Positions 29,635-38,507 of a stretch of 64,000 nucleotides of DNA are shown piece by piece. The notes under the pieces were generated by a model. It made no database searches. It had not been told where the DNA came from and saw only the letters and a list, made by a program, of their open reading frames with translations. This DNA is from Alphaproteobacteria bacterium (GTDB lineage Bacteria; Pseudomonadota; Alphaproteobacteria; RF32; CAG-239): assembly GCA_045637985.1 (NCBI GenBank), contig JAZUAM010000020.1, forward strand, positions 66,379 to 130,378, written 5' to 3'. Both the position numbers and the translations under genes were made by a program. The first letter of the stretch is position 1. Each line of letters opens with the position of its first letter.

Positions 29635-31559
29635 AATTTATTCAAAACTGTTGGCATCAAGACAAAGAACGTCGTTTTTTGTGGCTACCGGTTTTATATG
29701 CTTTGGGTATATCCGTTTATTTTGCGTTTCCCGTCGAACCGTCTAAGTGGTTAACACTAACATTAATCGAAACATTAATATTGTTAGCAATATTATTTAG
29801 GCATCGCATTAACATACTTTATACAATAGGTATATTTGCCATTATTTTAGCCGGTTTTACAACCGTTCAAATAAAAGCGATATGGCTTGATACATCGCAA
29901 TCAAAATTACCGGACGAAACTTTTTATTTTCAAGGACGAATAAGTGCTGTTGATTCCAACTTTCAAGGGCGCAAAAGGTTCATTTTAGATAATCTTACCG
30001 ATTTTGACGGCAATAAATATGTCGGTAAATATCGTGTAACTTTGCGAGGTAAAAATAACGATGCTTCGGTTGGCGATTGTGTTGAGATGGTCGGAAAAAT
30101 AATGCCGCTTTCCAAAGAGGTTGTAATTGGCGGATATCAATTTGACAGAAAAGGTTATTTTGAAGGCCTGAAGGGATCAGGATATGCCGAAAGTCGCTGG
30201 TTTCAAATTGAATGTCCCACTAATTATTCTAAAAAAATAGCAACTCATACGGCTAAGATAAGACAATCAATCGTTAATCATATCAAAAGTGTTCTTGCTC
30301 CAGACGAAGCATCAATTGCTTCGGCAATAATCGCCGGAGAACGTGGTGGCATTGATGAAAACCAATATGAACAATACCGCAATTCAGGTCTTGCTCATTT
30401 TCTGTCAATATCGGGATTACATATGAGTATGTTGGCAGGATTAATGTTTTTTCTGATTCGTTTTATATTAGCGTTAATTCCTGCAATTTCGCTAAGGGTT
30501 GATACCAAAAAAGTTGCATCTGTTTTTGCCATTATTTTAAGTTTTATCTATCTTCTGATTTCCGGCAATGCTGTTCCGGCACAACGAGCTTTCATAATGA
30601 CATTCATTGTTTTGCTTGGCATCTTAACCAATCGTCGCGCAATTTCAATATACACAATATCTCTTGCCGCATTCATTGTTCTTTTTCTGGCTCCCGAGGT
30701 ATTAGTTTCCGCCAGTTTTCAAATGTCATTTGCTGCAGTTTTGGGGCTTGTCACATTTTACGAAAAGTTTTCCGGCAAAATTCAAAATTTTATGAGAGTA
30801 TCATGGTTTCACAGATGGTTTAGGGGAATATTACTTTACATTATCGGAATAGTCATTTCGGATTTCGTAGCTTCGCTTATGACGTTGCCTTTTGCCGTAT
30901 ATCATTTCAATATGATATCAATTTACACTACACTTGGCAACTTTTTGGCAGGTCCTGTTATCGGTCTTATTATAATGCCGACCACATTACTTTCAATGTT
31001 GTTGATGCCCTTTGGTGCCGATACAATATTTTTAAGAGCAACCGGTTGGGGAATAAATTTACTAAATCAAATAACATCTTGGGTATCATCCTTACCGAAT
31101 GCAGGTTATCAGGTTTCGTCGCTACCTCATTGGGGATTAGTGCTGATTGTTATCGGAGGGTTATGGTTGATGCTTTGGCAATGCAAATGGCGTTACTTTG
31201 GTTTATTGGCAATAATCATTGGTGTTTTTAGCATAACAACAGTAAAAGTTCCGGACATTTTAATATCACCGCAAGCCAAGGTTGTTGCTTTTAAAAACAG
31301 TTCCGAAAAGTTAGAAACTGTTTCTTCTCGCGGTGGGCGTTTTGTAAAAGATATATGGCAAAACAAATACTCGGTATCCGAACGCAAAACCAAGTTGAAC
31401 GAACATCCGGAACTACAAATAAATGATGGTAAAATAACCTTTCAAGGTCACTCTCTTGATATTGATAATGATATAGGTTACAGCATATATTTGAACCCCA
31501 AAAAAACAATCATTAAAACCATCCGCAAGGATATAGGCTATCGTCTATGGAACAAATAA
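29628..31559 (+). CDS. comEC: ComEC/Rec2 family competence channel protein
   Basis: 643 aa, polytopic, with 'SGLAHFLSISGLHMSML'. No C-terminal metallo-beta-lactamase motif seen. Confidence 0.75.
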   Translation: MLKFIQNCWHQDKERRFLWLPVLYALGISVYFAFPVEPSKWLTLTLIETLILLAILFRHRINILYTIGIFAIILAGFTTVQIKAIWLDTSQSKLPDETFYFQGRISAVDSNFQGRKRFILDNLTDFDGNKYVGKYRVTLRGKNNDASVGDCVEMVGKIMPLSKEVVIGGYQFDRKGYFEGLKGSGYAESRWFQIECPTNYSKKIATHTAKIRQSIVNHIKSVLAPDEASIASAIIAGERGGIDENQYEQYRNSGLAHFLSISGLHMSMLAGLMFFLIRFILALIPAISLRVDTKKVASVFAIILSFIYLLISGNAVPAQRAFIMTFIVLLGILTNRRAISIYTISLAAFIVLFLAPEVLVSASFQMSFAAVLGLVTFYEKFSGKIQNFMRVSWFHRWFRGILLYIIGIVISDFVASLMTLPFAVYHFNMISIYTTLGNFLAGPVIGLIIMPTTLLSMLLMPFGADTIFLRATGWGINLLNQITSWVSSLPNAGYQVSSLPHWGLVLIVIGGLWLMLWQCKWRYFGLLAIIIGVFSITTVKVPDILISPQAKVVAFKNSSEKLETVSSRGGRFVKDIWQNKYSVSERKTKLNEHPELQINDGKITFQGHSLDIDNDIGYSIYLNPKKTIIKTIRKDIGYRLWNK

Positions 31560-31653
31560 CTATGTATCGATGAGAAATTAAACTTTACATTTTATTAAAA
31601 GTGTGTAATAACTCTTCCCAAAGATAACAAACTACTGATATTTTGAGGGTATC

Positions 31654-32055
31654 ATGAAGAGAGTTTTAACATACGGAACATTTGATGTATTACATTACGG
31701 ACATATCAATCTCTTAAAAAGAGCAAAAGCTTTAGGGGATTACCTTATCGTCGGGCTTTCCAGTGACGAATTTAATAGAATAAAAAATAAAAAATCTTTT
31801 TATACATACGAACAAAGAAAACTCATTCTTGAAGCATGTCGTTATGTTGACCTCGTAATCCCTGAAGATAATTGGGAACAAAAGGTTAACGATGTAAAGC
31901 AATATAATGCAGATGTTTTTGTTATGGGAGATGATTGGGCTGGAAAATTTGATTTTTTGAAGGACTATTGTGAAGTTGTATACTTACCGAGAACTCCGGA
32001 TGTTTGTTCAACCAGTACAAAGCAATATCTTTATTCATTAGAAAAAGTAGCTTAA
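31654..32055 (+). CDS. tagD: glycerol-3-phosphate cytidylyltransferase
   Basis: 133 aa with 'VLTYGTFDVLHYGHINLLKRAK' (HxGH nucleotidyltransferase). Confidence 0.85.
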   Translation: MKRVLTYGTFDVLHYGHINLLKRAKALGDYLIVGLSSDEFNRIKNKKSFYTYEQRKLILEACRYVDLVIPEDNWEQKVNDVKQYNADVFVMGDDWAGKFDFLKDYCEVVYLPRTPDVCSTSTKQYLYSLEKVA

Positions 32056-32109
32056 ATAGAAGATTTAATCACAAATTTTTATTGATTTTATCTGAGAAGG
32101 GGTTCTTAA

Positions 32110-33039
32110 ATGTTTCGTATTGAAAAAAAGAGCGATTGCAAAGAAGTATACCTGTTTGGCAAAAAGCTGTTCAGCATCAATAAGTACTCCAACGCGACAT
32201 TATTAAAAAAAATTGACAGTTTGCAGTCTGTTATTCAGTTTACTTTCAATACCGAAGATATGAAAAAGGCGAGGGGAACACTTCGCGATATTCAGCTTGC
32301 CGAATTAAAAATATTAAAAGAAATAAAGCGCGTTTGTTCTCAAAACAACATTACATGGTGGATAGATTTCGGAACTTTGCTTGGTGCAGCTCGTCACAAA
32401 GGTTTTATTCCTTGGGATGATGACATTGATATTTGTATGATGCGCGATGATTTTGCAAATTTCATCGATATTTTCAACAAACACACTTCCGACAAACATC
32501 TCAAAGCCGGTTTGTACACATCAGACAGTGGCATCTACAATATGATAAAAGTATCGCATCAGGAAATACCCAATTTGTTTATCGATATTTTTCCTGTTGA
32601 TTTGCGTTATCAAACTATGGACGATGCCCAAAAGCTTGATTTCAGCAAAAAGCTTCGCGCCCAAGTTTTAAAAAATGCCAAACTGAAAAAGAAAAGCAAA
32701 ACACCTGAAGAATTTTTCGAAAAAATTATACAATCACGCAACGAAACCATAAGCAATCTGAAGCCGAACAACAAAATTACAAAACCGACAATTTTTTATG
32801 GTCTCGAATATTATCATTCCACCCATTTGTATAATGCTTTTGATTATGATACAATTTTTCCTTTGCAAGATATCGAGTTTGAAGACGAAATGTTCCCATC
32901 TGTTGCCAAACCGGATTTATATTTGACATACACATTTGGTGATTATATGCAACTTCCCAAAATTTTACATATTCACACTAATATGAAAAAGATGCCCATC
33001 GACAATATCATCAAGATAAAAAAATATGTTTCCGAATAA
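32110..33039 (+). CDS. LicD family phosphotransferase
   Basis: 'WWIDFGTLLGAARHKGFIPWDDDIDICM' and 'IDIFPVD'. Confidence 0.75.
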   Translation: MFRIEKKSDCKEVYLFGKKLFSINKYSNATLLKKIDSLQSVIQFTFNTEDMKKARGTLRDIQLAELKILKEIKRVCSQNNITWWIDFGTLLGAARHKGFIPWDDDIDICMMRDDFANFIDIFNKHTSDKHLKAGLYTSDSGIYNMIKVSHQEIPNLFIDIFPVDLRYQTMDDAQKLDFSKKLRAQVLKNAKLKKKSKTPEEFFEKIIQSRNETISNLKPNNKITKPTIFYGLEYYHSTHLYNAFDYDTIFPLQDIEFEDEMFPSVAKPDLYLTYTFGDYMQLPKILHIHTNMKKMPIDNIIKIKKYVSE

Positions 33040-33042
33040 CTG

Positions 33043-33075
33043 CAAAAAAAACCGCCTTATATGGCGGTTTTTTAT
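33043..33075. terminator. bidirectional terminator between licD-like and hxlR-like genes
   Basis: accgcc (33051-33056) pairs with ggcggt (33063-33068), with an A-run before and a T-run after. Confidence 0.65.
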
Positions 33076-33097
33076 AAAACACAACACAATATACAAT

Positions 33098-33439
33098 CTA
33101 AGCCAAATTCTCGATTCCCAACAACATATTTTCACGATATTCGGCGCCCCAAGCAACCATCGATTCGATAACAGGCTTCAAAGCATAGCCGACGGCGGTC
33201 AAAGTATACTCAACACGAGGCGGAATCTGAGCATAGACTTCACGGATAACTAACCCTTTTTCTTCCAATGTGCGCAAGTTAGAAGTCAAAACCTTTTGCG
33301 TAATATCGCCCAAAGATTTTTTTAACTCGCCAAAACGTTTTGTTCCGTCCATCAAATTTTGAATAATTTGCATCTTCCAACGATCACCAATCAATTTAAC
33401 GGTCATCTCAGCCAAACATTTTTGCACATCATCAATCAT
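33098..33439 (-). CDS. HxlR family transcriptional regulator
   Basis: 113 aa with 'RWKMQIIQNLMDGTKRFGELKK...ITQKVLTSNLRTLEEKGLVIREVYAQIPPRVEYTLT'. Confidence 0.85.
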   Translation of the reverse strand: MIDDVQKCLAEMTVKLIGDRWKMQIIQNLMDGTKRFGELKKSLGDITQKVLTSNLRTLEEKGLVIREVYAQIPPRVEYTLTAVGYALKPVIESMVAWGAEYRENMLLGIENLA

Positions 33440-33466
33440 TAAAAAAAACTCCTAAAAACCGCAAAA

Positions 33467-33481
33467 ATACTACAATAGTAT
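33467..33481. promoter_or_regulatory. perfect palindrome upstream of the hxlR-like gene (candidate operator)
   Basis: atacta-caa-tagtat, located 28 nt upstream of the regulator's start codon. Confidence 0.3.
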
Positions 33482-33659
33482 CCTCGGGGAAACTATAGCA
33501 CCTGCAAGTGCTTACTTTACTTTTCTATCAGAACAGGATTATAAAATCAATATAAAACGCAAACTTAATCATACATTTTAATATAATCAGAGCTTTTTAT
33601 ACAAGTTTTAAGGACGCAGGCTCCGATATTATTATAAAAACACACACAATACAAAAAAG

Positions 33660-33691
33660 CCTTTAATCTTTTCTGGATTAAAGGTTTTTTT
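33660..33691. terminator. orphan terminator-like hairpin in the hxlR/tarI intergenic region
   Basis: cctttaatc (33660-33668) pairs with gattaaagg (33676-33684), with an A-run before and a 7-T run after. No annotated gene ends here on either strand. Confidence 0.45.
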
Positions 33692-33720
33692 ATGTTGAAT
33701 ATATAACAAATGAGAATTAT

Positions 33721-33772
33721 TATTTCCTATATATAAAATACGGGAATTTATATTTCCTATATTATTCCCGTA
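33721..33772. promoter_or_regulatory. direct plus inverted repeat cluster upstream of the tarI-like gene
   Basis: tatttcctatat occurs at 33721-33732 and 33751-33762. tacgggaat (33739-33747) is the exact inverted repeat of attcccgta (33764-33772). Confidence 0.3.
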
Positions 33773-33802
33773 CAACGATTTTAGTTAGGGATACAAGATT
33801 CG

Positions 33803-34549
33803 ATGAAAACCAACAACATAGCAATTATATTTGCCGGCGGTATAGGTCAACGCCTAAACAGCGACAAAAACGCCACCCCGAAACAATTCTTAAAAGTATA
33901 CAACAAACCGATTATCATATACACATTAGAACTTTTTCAACAAAATGAAAACATCGATAAAATATATATCTCGATTGTTGCCTCACATCTTGATTATATG
34001 AAAGAGCTTGTCGAATACTATCATCTTACCAAGGTTGCCGGAATAACCGTTGGTGGCGCAACCGGACAAGATTCTATTTACAAAGCTCTCAAAATGGCGG
34101 CTCAAGAAAATTCTGATGATTCGATTGTTCTTATTCATGACGGAGTACGTCCGAACATTACCCAAGAGGTTATCAATCTTAATATTCAAAACGCTCGTGA
34201 ACACGGAACATCCATAACCTCGACCCCCGCATTTGAAACAATCCTTTTCAGCGAAGACGGTATAACCCCCAAAAGTGTTCCGTATCGTCGTCAAACATTT
34301 GCTGCTCAAGCACCGCAAACATTCAAGCTTGGCGAGATTGTATCCGCACATGAACAAGAACGTCAAACCAACCCTGATTACATTGATATTATTGACTCTT
34401 GTACATTGTTTACCAAACAAGGCAAGCCCACACATATGATACGTGGCAATTTTGGTAACATCAAAATTACCACAATTGAGGATTTATACGTTCTTCGTGC
34501 CTTAATTACCTGCAAAGAAGATATGAATGCATTCGGACTAAAAAAATAG
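33803..34549 (+). CDS. IspD/TarI family cytidylyltransferase (likely CDP-ribitol/polyol-phosphate synthase)
   Basis: 'IAIIFAGGIGQRL...PKQFL' and 'VLIHDGVRP'. The call rests on its context of TagF/LicD/TagD genes. Confidence 0.65.
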   Translation: MKTNNIAIIFAGGIGQRLNSDKNATPKQFLKVYNKPIIIYTLELFQQNENIDKIYISIVASHLDYMKELVEYYHLTKVAGITVGGATGQDSIYKALKMAAQENSDDSIVLIHDGVRPNITQEVINLNIQNAREHGTSITSTPAFETILFSEDGITPKSVPYRRQTFAAQAPQTFKLGEIVSAHEQERQTNPDYIDIIDSCTLFTKQGKPTHMIRGNFGNIKITTIEDLYVLRALITCKEDMNAFGLKK

Positions 34550-34556
34550 GTGAACA

Positions 34557-36863
34557 ATGGATTTTAATACAAAAATAGAAAAACAAGATATCAACGAAAT
34601 AGTCAATTCCCAATTTGTTAATTGGTCGGCTTTTAAAGATTCCTCAATTCTTGTTACCGGTGCAACAGGGCTTATCGGTTCAGCTATTGTCAAATCAATT
34701 TTATATGCCAATGAAACATTAAATACCAACATCAAAGTCATAGCTTTGGTTCGAAATCGTCAAAAAGCATTAAGGCTTTTTGGCCGCAAAGTAAAATACA
34801 TTGTGCAAGATATCACTGCGCCGATAAAATCTTGTCCAAAGGTTGATTACATAATCCATACCGCCAATTCCACCTCATCGCGCGGTTTTGTTGAACAACC
34901 TGTCGAAACTATCGATTCAATAGTTCAAGGCACCAAAAACATTCTTGATTTTGCTCGTCGCAAAAATATCAAAAACACGGTATATCTTTCCTCCATGGAA
35001 GTTTTTGGCAAAACAGACTTTGCTAATCCCGAACCGTTAAAAGAAAACGATTATGGTTATATTGATATTGCCGAACTTCGCAGTTCATATCCCGAGGCCA
35101 AAAGGCTTGCCGAAAATATGTGTGTCGCCTACGCCGGCGAATACAACGTCTCGGTTAATGTTGCAAGGTTGGTACAAACCATCGGTGCCGGTGTTGATTA
35201 TCACGACAACCGTGTTTTTGCTCAATTTGCCCGCAATGTTGTTGAGCAAAAAGACATAGTCTTACATACCACCGGCGAAAGCATCCGCAGTTATTGTTAT
35301 ATTACCGATGCGGTTGTTGCAATTTTTGTGCTTTTGGAAAGGGGGCAAAAAGGCGAGTTTTATAACATCGCTAACGAAGCAACCACCACCTCAATCAAAC
35401 AAATGGCCGAAATGCTGTGCAACACCTATACCGCTTCAAAACTGAAAATTGAGCTTAACAACTCAATGAATAATTATTATTTACCTAAGTTAAAAACAGT
35501 ATTAAATACATCTAAATTACAATCCTTAAACTGGCAAGCTAAGATAAGTTTGGCTGAGATGTTCAATCGTTTGATCCAAGATTTTTACTTGCGTCCCAAA
35601 CCTCTTATTTATACAGCCAAAGACAAACGCAACAAACTCAAAGAGTTGATAGCCAAAATTTTTAACAAAGAACGCTTTATAGAATACGAAAAGTTCAGTA
35701 TTTGGGGCTACAATTTTACCTTAAAAAGAAGACTTCGCTATGCTTCAATATGCCAAAATACACCGGTTCAACCAAACAAAATAGCTTTTATTGACAATCA
35801 TGGCGAAGGCTATTCCGGCAATCTTAAATATATTGCCGATGAACTCATCAGACAAAATATCGATTGCGAAATCGTTTGGGTAGACAATCTGTCAGACGAT
35901 GTATTAAACAATTTTCCTTCTCAAATTCGCAAAATTCAAAAAGACACGTTTGATTCTGCTCAAGAGCTTGCATCTGCCAAAATATGGGTTGCTTCACAAC
36001 GCAATCTTACAATGTTAAAAAAAGGTCTGCAAAAAAAAGAAGATCAATATTATATCCAAACATGGCATGGATCACTCGGCATCAAAAAGGTTGGTTTTGA
36101 TCTTCATCCCGACAAAGAAGAAACTTGGATGTATTATGCCAAAAAAGATGCCGAAATGTTAAATTATACAATCTCAAACAGTGAATTTGAAACCAATGTT
36201 TATCGCGGAATTTTTTGGGGACAGGGAAATCCAAAACTTTTGGGACATCCTCGCAACGACATCTTTTTTGCCAACAATGATGATTTAAAATCCAAAGTCA
36301 AAAAAGCTTTAAATATTGCCGATAATCAAAAAATAATCTTATATGCTCCGACATATCGCGAAGACCATGATTTAACTTGTTATAATATGGATTATGAGGC
36401 TGTTATTGCCGAATTTGAAAAAAAATTTGGTGGTGAATGTGTCCTAATTCTTCGTTTTCATCCTTGGGTCTTAAAAGATTGCGCCCATTTGTTTGGCAAC
36501 AATCCCAAAATCATTAATGGCAATCATTACGACGATATCCAAGAGCTTCTGGCTGTTTCCGATTTTATGATAACTGACTATTCAAGCTGTATTTTTGACT
36601 TTTTGTTTACTCGCAGACCGGCTTTTATTTATGCTTCGGATATCACAAAATATAACAATGATCGAGGTTTTTATTATCCGTTAGAAACTACACCATTCCC
36701 CATAGCCAATGATATGAAAACTTTTATTACTAACATTGCTGATTTTGCTTCCGCATCATACGATGCCAAAATCAACGATTTCTTAAAGTCTAAGGGCTGT
36801 ATGGAAGACGGCAACGCCAGTAAACGAGTTGTCGAATTAATAAAACAAATAATCAAAAGTTAA
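34557..36863 (+). CDS. fusion: NAD-dependent SDR epimerase/reductase domain + CDP-glycerol/ribitol phosphotransferase (TagF/TarL family) domain
   Basis: N-terminal 'ILVTGATGLIGSAI' and YxxxK 'YPEAK'. The C-terminal half has 'ILYAPTYRED' and 'SDFMITDYSSCIFDF'. Confidence 0.75.
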   Translation: MDFNTKIEKQDINEIVNSQFVNWSAFKDSSILVTGATGLIGSAIVKSILYANETLNTNIKVIALVRNRQKALRLFGRKVKYIVQDITAPIKSCPKVDYIIHTANSTSSRGFVEQPVETIDSIVQGTKNILDFARRKNIKNTVYLSSMEVFGKTDFANPEPLKENDYGYIDIAELRSSYPEAKRLAENMCVAYAGEYNVSVNVARLVQTIGAGVDYHDNRVFAQFARNVVEQKDIVLHTTGESIRSYCYITDAVVAIFVLLERGQKGEFYNIANEATTTSIKQMAEMLCNTYTASKLKIELNNSMNNYYLPKLKTVLNTSKLQSLNWQAKISLAEMFNRLIQDFYLRPKPLIYTAKDKRNKLKELIAKIFNKERFIEYEKFSIWGYNFTLKRRLRYASICQNTPVQPNKIAFIDNHGEGYSGNLKYIADELIRQNIDCEIVWVDNLSDDVLNNFPSQIRKIQKDTFDSAQELASAKIWVASQRNLTMLKKGLQKKEDQYYIQTWHGSLGIKKVGFDLHPDKEETWMYYAKKDAEMLNYTISNSEFETNVYRGIFWGQGNPKLLGHPRNDIFFANNDDLKSKVKKALNIADNQKIILYAPTYREDHDLTCYNMDYEAVIAEFEKKFGGECVLILRFHPWVLKDCAHLFGNNPKIINGNHYDDIQELLAVSDFMITDYSSCIFDFLFTRRPAFIYASDITKYNNDRGFYYPLETTPFPIANDMKTFITNIADFASASYDAKINDFLKSKGCMEDGNASKRVVELIKQIIKS

Positions 36864-36876
36864 GGTATATTTAGAA

Positions 36877-38151
36877 ATGAACAAAAAGTTTTCTTTTTCA
36901 TACAACTCTGACAAACAAACAGCATTATTAACATTATTTGGGTTAAAACTTCGCATCCGACTAAATATCAGCAATAAGTTGATAAAAAAATTGGGGTTTA
37001 TATTCAAATATTTTGATTTGATGATTCCGAAGAAAAATAATCGAATTGTATTTTTTCTTTTTCCAACAATGGAAAACAATGCTTTGACTTTTTACAAATA
37101 TTTGAAACAAAATCATAACAATGAATTTGAACTTTCTCTTATTCATTATGATAAATATAAAAAATATAATTTAGAAAATTGTACATTTATAAGAAGCTTT
37201 ATTTCATTATATCGGATGTATTCAGCAAAATATGTTGTTACTACTCACGACAGTTATTTTTTAGATTTCTTTATGTCAAAAAGGCATACCTATTTAAATT
37301 TATGGCACGGTATGCCCATAAAAACTTTGGGCTTTAGCGAAAAAGGGTTAAAACCGATAACGCGCAAACGTTTTAAGTTTTTATCAGATAATGCACATTT
37401 TTTTGCAACATCGGATATATTCAAATTAAGTATGATTTCTTGTTTCAAAGGAGATTATTTTAATTTTCATGTAACAGGGTTGCCACGTACAGATGCTATG
37501 GGTGATAACGGCAACAAGATTAAAATAAAAAATAATTTTAATATCAAAAATTTTTCAAAAGTTGTTCTGTATCTTCCAACTTGGAAATCAAAGTCGAAAG
37601 CTAGAAAACAACAAGTTTCGGTCGATTTTAATAACATTTTTTATATGGATGATTACAATTCACCCGATTTTATCAAATTTTTGCAAGATAACAACATTCT
37701 GTTTATAATGAAACCGCATCCGGTTGAAGAAAATTTTTACAAAGATAATCCGGATATTGTTCCTCAAAGCAAAAATTTTCGTATCTTATTTGATGAAGAA
37801 CTTTCAAAACAAAACATCGATTTATACGAGATATTCAGCCAAACAGACTTGCTTATCAGCGATTATTCATCCGTAACCGTTGATTGGTTAATATTAAACA
37901 AACCTGTTTTATATCTCAACAATCTATCCCAAGAATATGGAAAGGGACGCGGTATGGTTCTTGAAGATAATTTCGAACTGTTAATGCCCGGTACCAAAGT
38001 TATTACTTATGACGAACTCAAAAAAGAAATGCTAAATAATTTGTTGAACGATAGCTATAAAACTGAACGTGAAAAGGCTCTTCCGCTTATACACAAATAC
38101 CGCGATTTTAAAGCCTCAGAACGTATTTATGATATAATGAAAAATCTTTAG
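36877..38151 (+). CDS. CDP-glycerol glycerophosphotransferase family protein (TagB/TagF-like)
   Basis: 'VLYLPTWKS', 'MKPHP' and 'DLLISDYSSVTVDW'. Very AT-rich coding sequence. Confidence 0.75.
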   Translation: MNKKFSFSYNSDKQTALLTLFGLKLRIRLNISNKLIKKLGFIFKYFDLMIPKKNNRIVFFLFPTMENNALTFYKYLKQNHNNEFELSLIHYDKYKKYNLENCTFIRSFISLYRMYSAKYVVTTHDSYFLDFFMSKRHTYLNLWHGMPIKTLGFSEKGLKPITRKRFKFLSDNAHFFATSDIFKLSMISCFKGDYFNFHVTGLPRTDAMGDNGNKIKIKNNFNIKNFSKVVLYLPTWKSKSKARKQQVSVDFNNIFYMDDYNSPDFIKFLQDNNILFIMKPHPVEENFYKDNPDIVPQSKNFRILFDEELSKQNIDLYEIFSQTDLLISDYSSVTVDWLILNKPVLYLNNLSQEYGKGRGMVLEDNFELLMPGTKVITYDELKKEMLNNLLNDSYKTEREKALPLIHKYRDFKASERIYDIMKNL

Positions 38152-38164
38152 AGCAAAATTTTAG

Positions 38165-38507
38165 ATGTGTACCAATTTTTTTAATAAGATTTGTAACTTT
38201 TTCGCGGGGGGTAAACCTTCGCAAAAAAATAAACTGTTAGTTGTAAATATCGATGGTTCGGAAAAAAATGTAAAAAAAATAAAAGGATTAAAAGTATCTT
38301 TCTTAAGCACTGGAGCAACGGTAAAAATCTACAAACCGTTTCCCCGTTGCAAGAAATAATGAAGAACTGGTGAATAACATTTTGAATTTTGATAATGAAA
38401 AATATCAAAAAGAAGTAGAAGAATTTTTGCAAGAAAAAGGTTGTATGGAAGATGGACATGCAAGTGAAAGAATTGTAGATTTAATTGAGGGAATAATTAA
38501 TGAATAA
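38165..38507 (+). pseudogene. frameshifted, internally deleted TagF-family remnant
   Basis: Frame 3 from 38325 reads '..FPVARNNEELVNNILNFDNEKYQKEVEEFLQEKGCMEDGHASERIVDLIEGIINE*'. This parallels the C-terminus of the 768-aa fusion ('PFPIANDMKTF...FLKSKGCMEDGNASKRVVELIKQIIKS'). It joins the 64-aa ORF (38165-38359) only via a 1-nt shift in the cccc run at 38342-38345. Confidence 0.65.

Noticed and set aside
33803-34549. Annotating the IspD-like gene as MEP-pathway ispD
   Set aside because: It is embedded between TagD/LicD and TagF-type genes and followed 7 nt later by the SDR-TagF fusion, so the context favours a TarI-type CDP-polyol synthase. This cannot be settled without genome-wide data.
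38181-38459. 92-aa minus-strand ORF
   Set aside because: It is antisense to the TagF remnant in an extremely AT-rich stretch, with a low-complexity F/I/L/K peptide. The plus-strand homology to the TagF C-terminus explains the region better.
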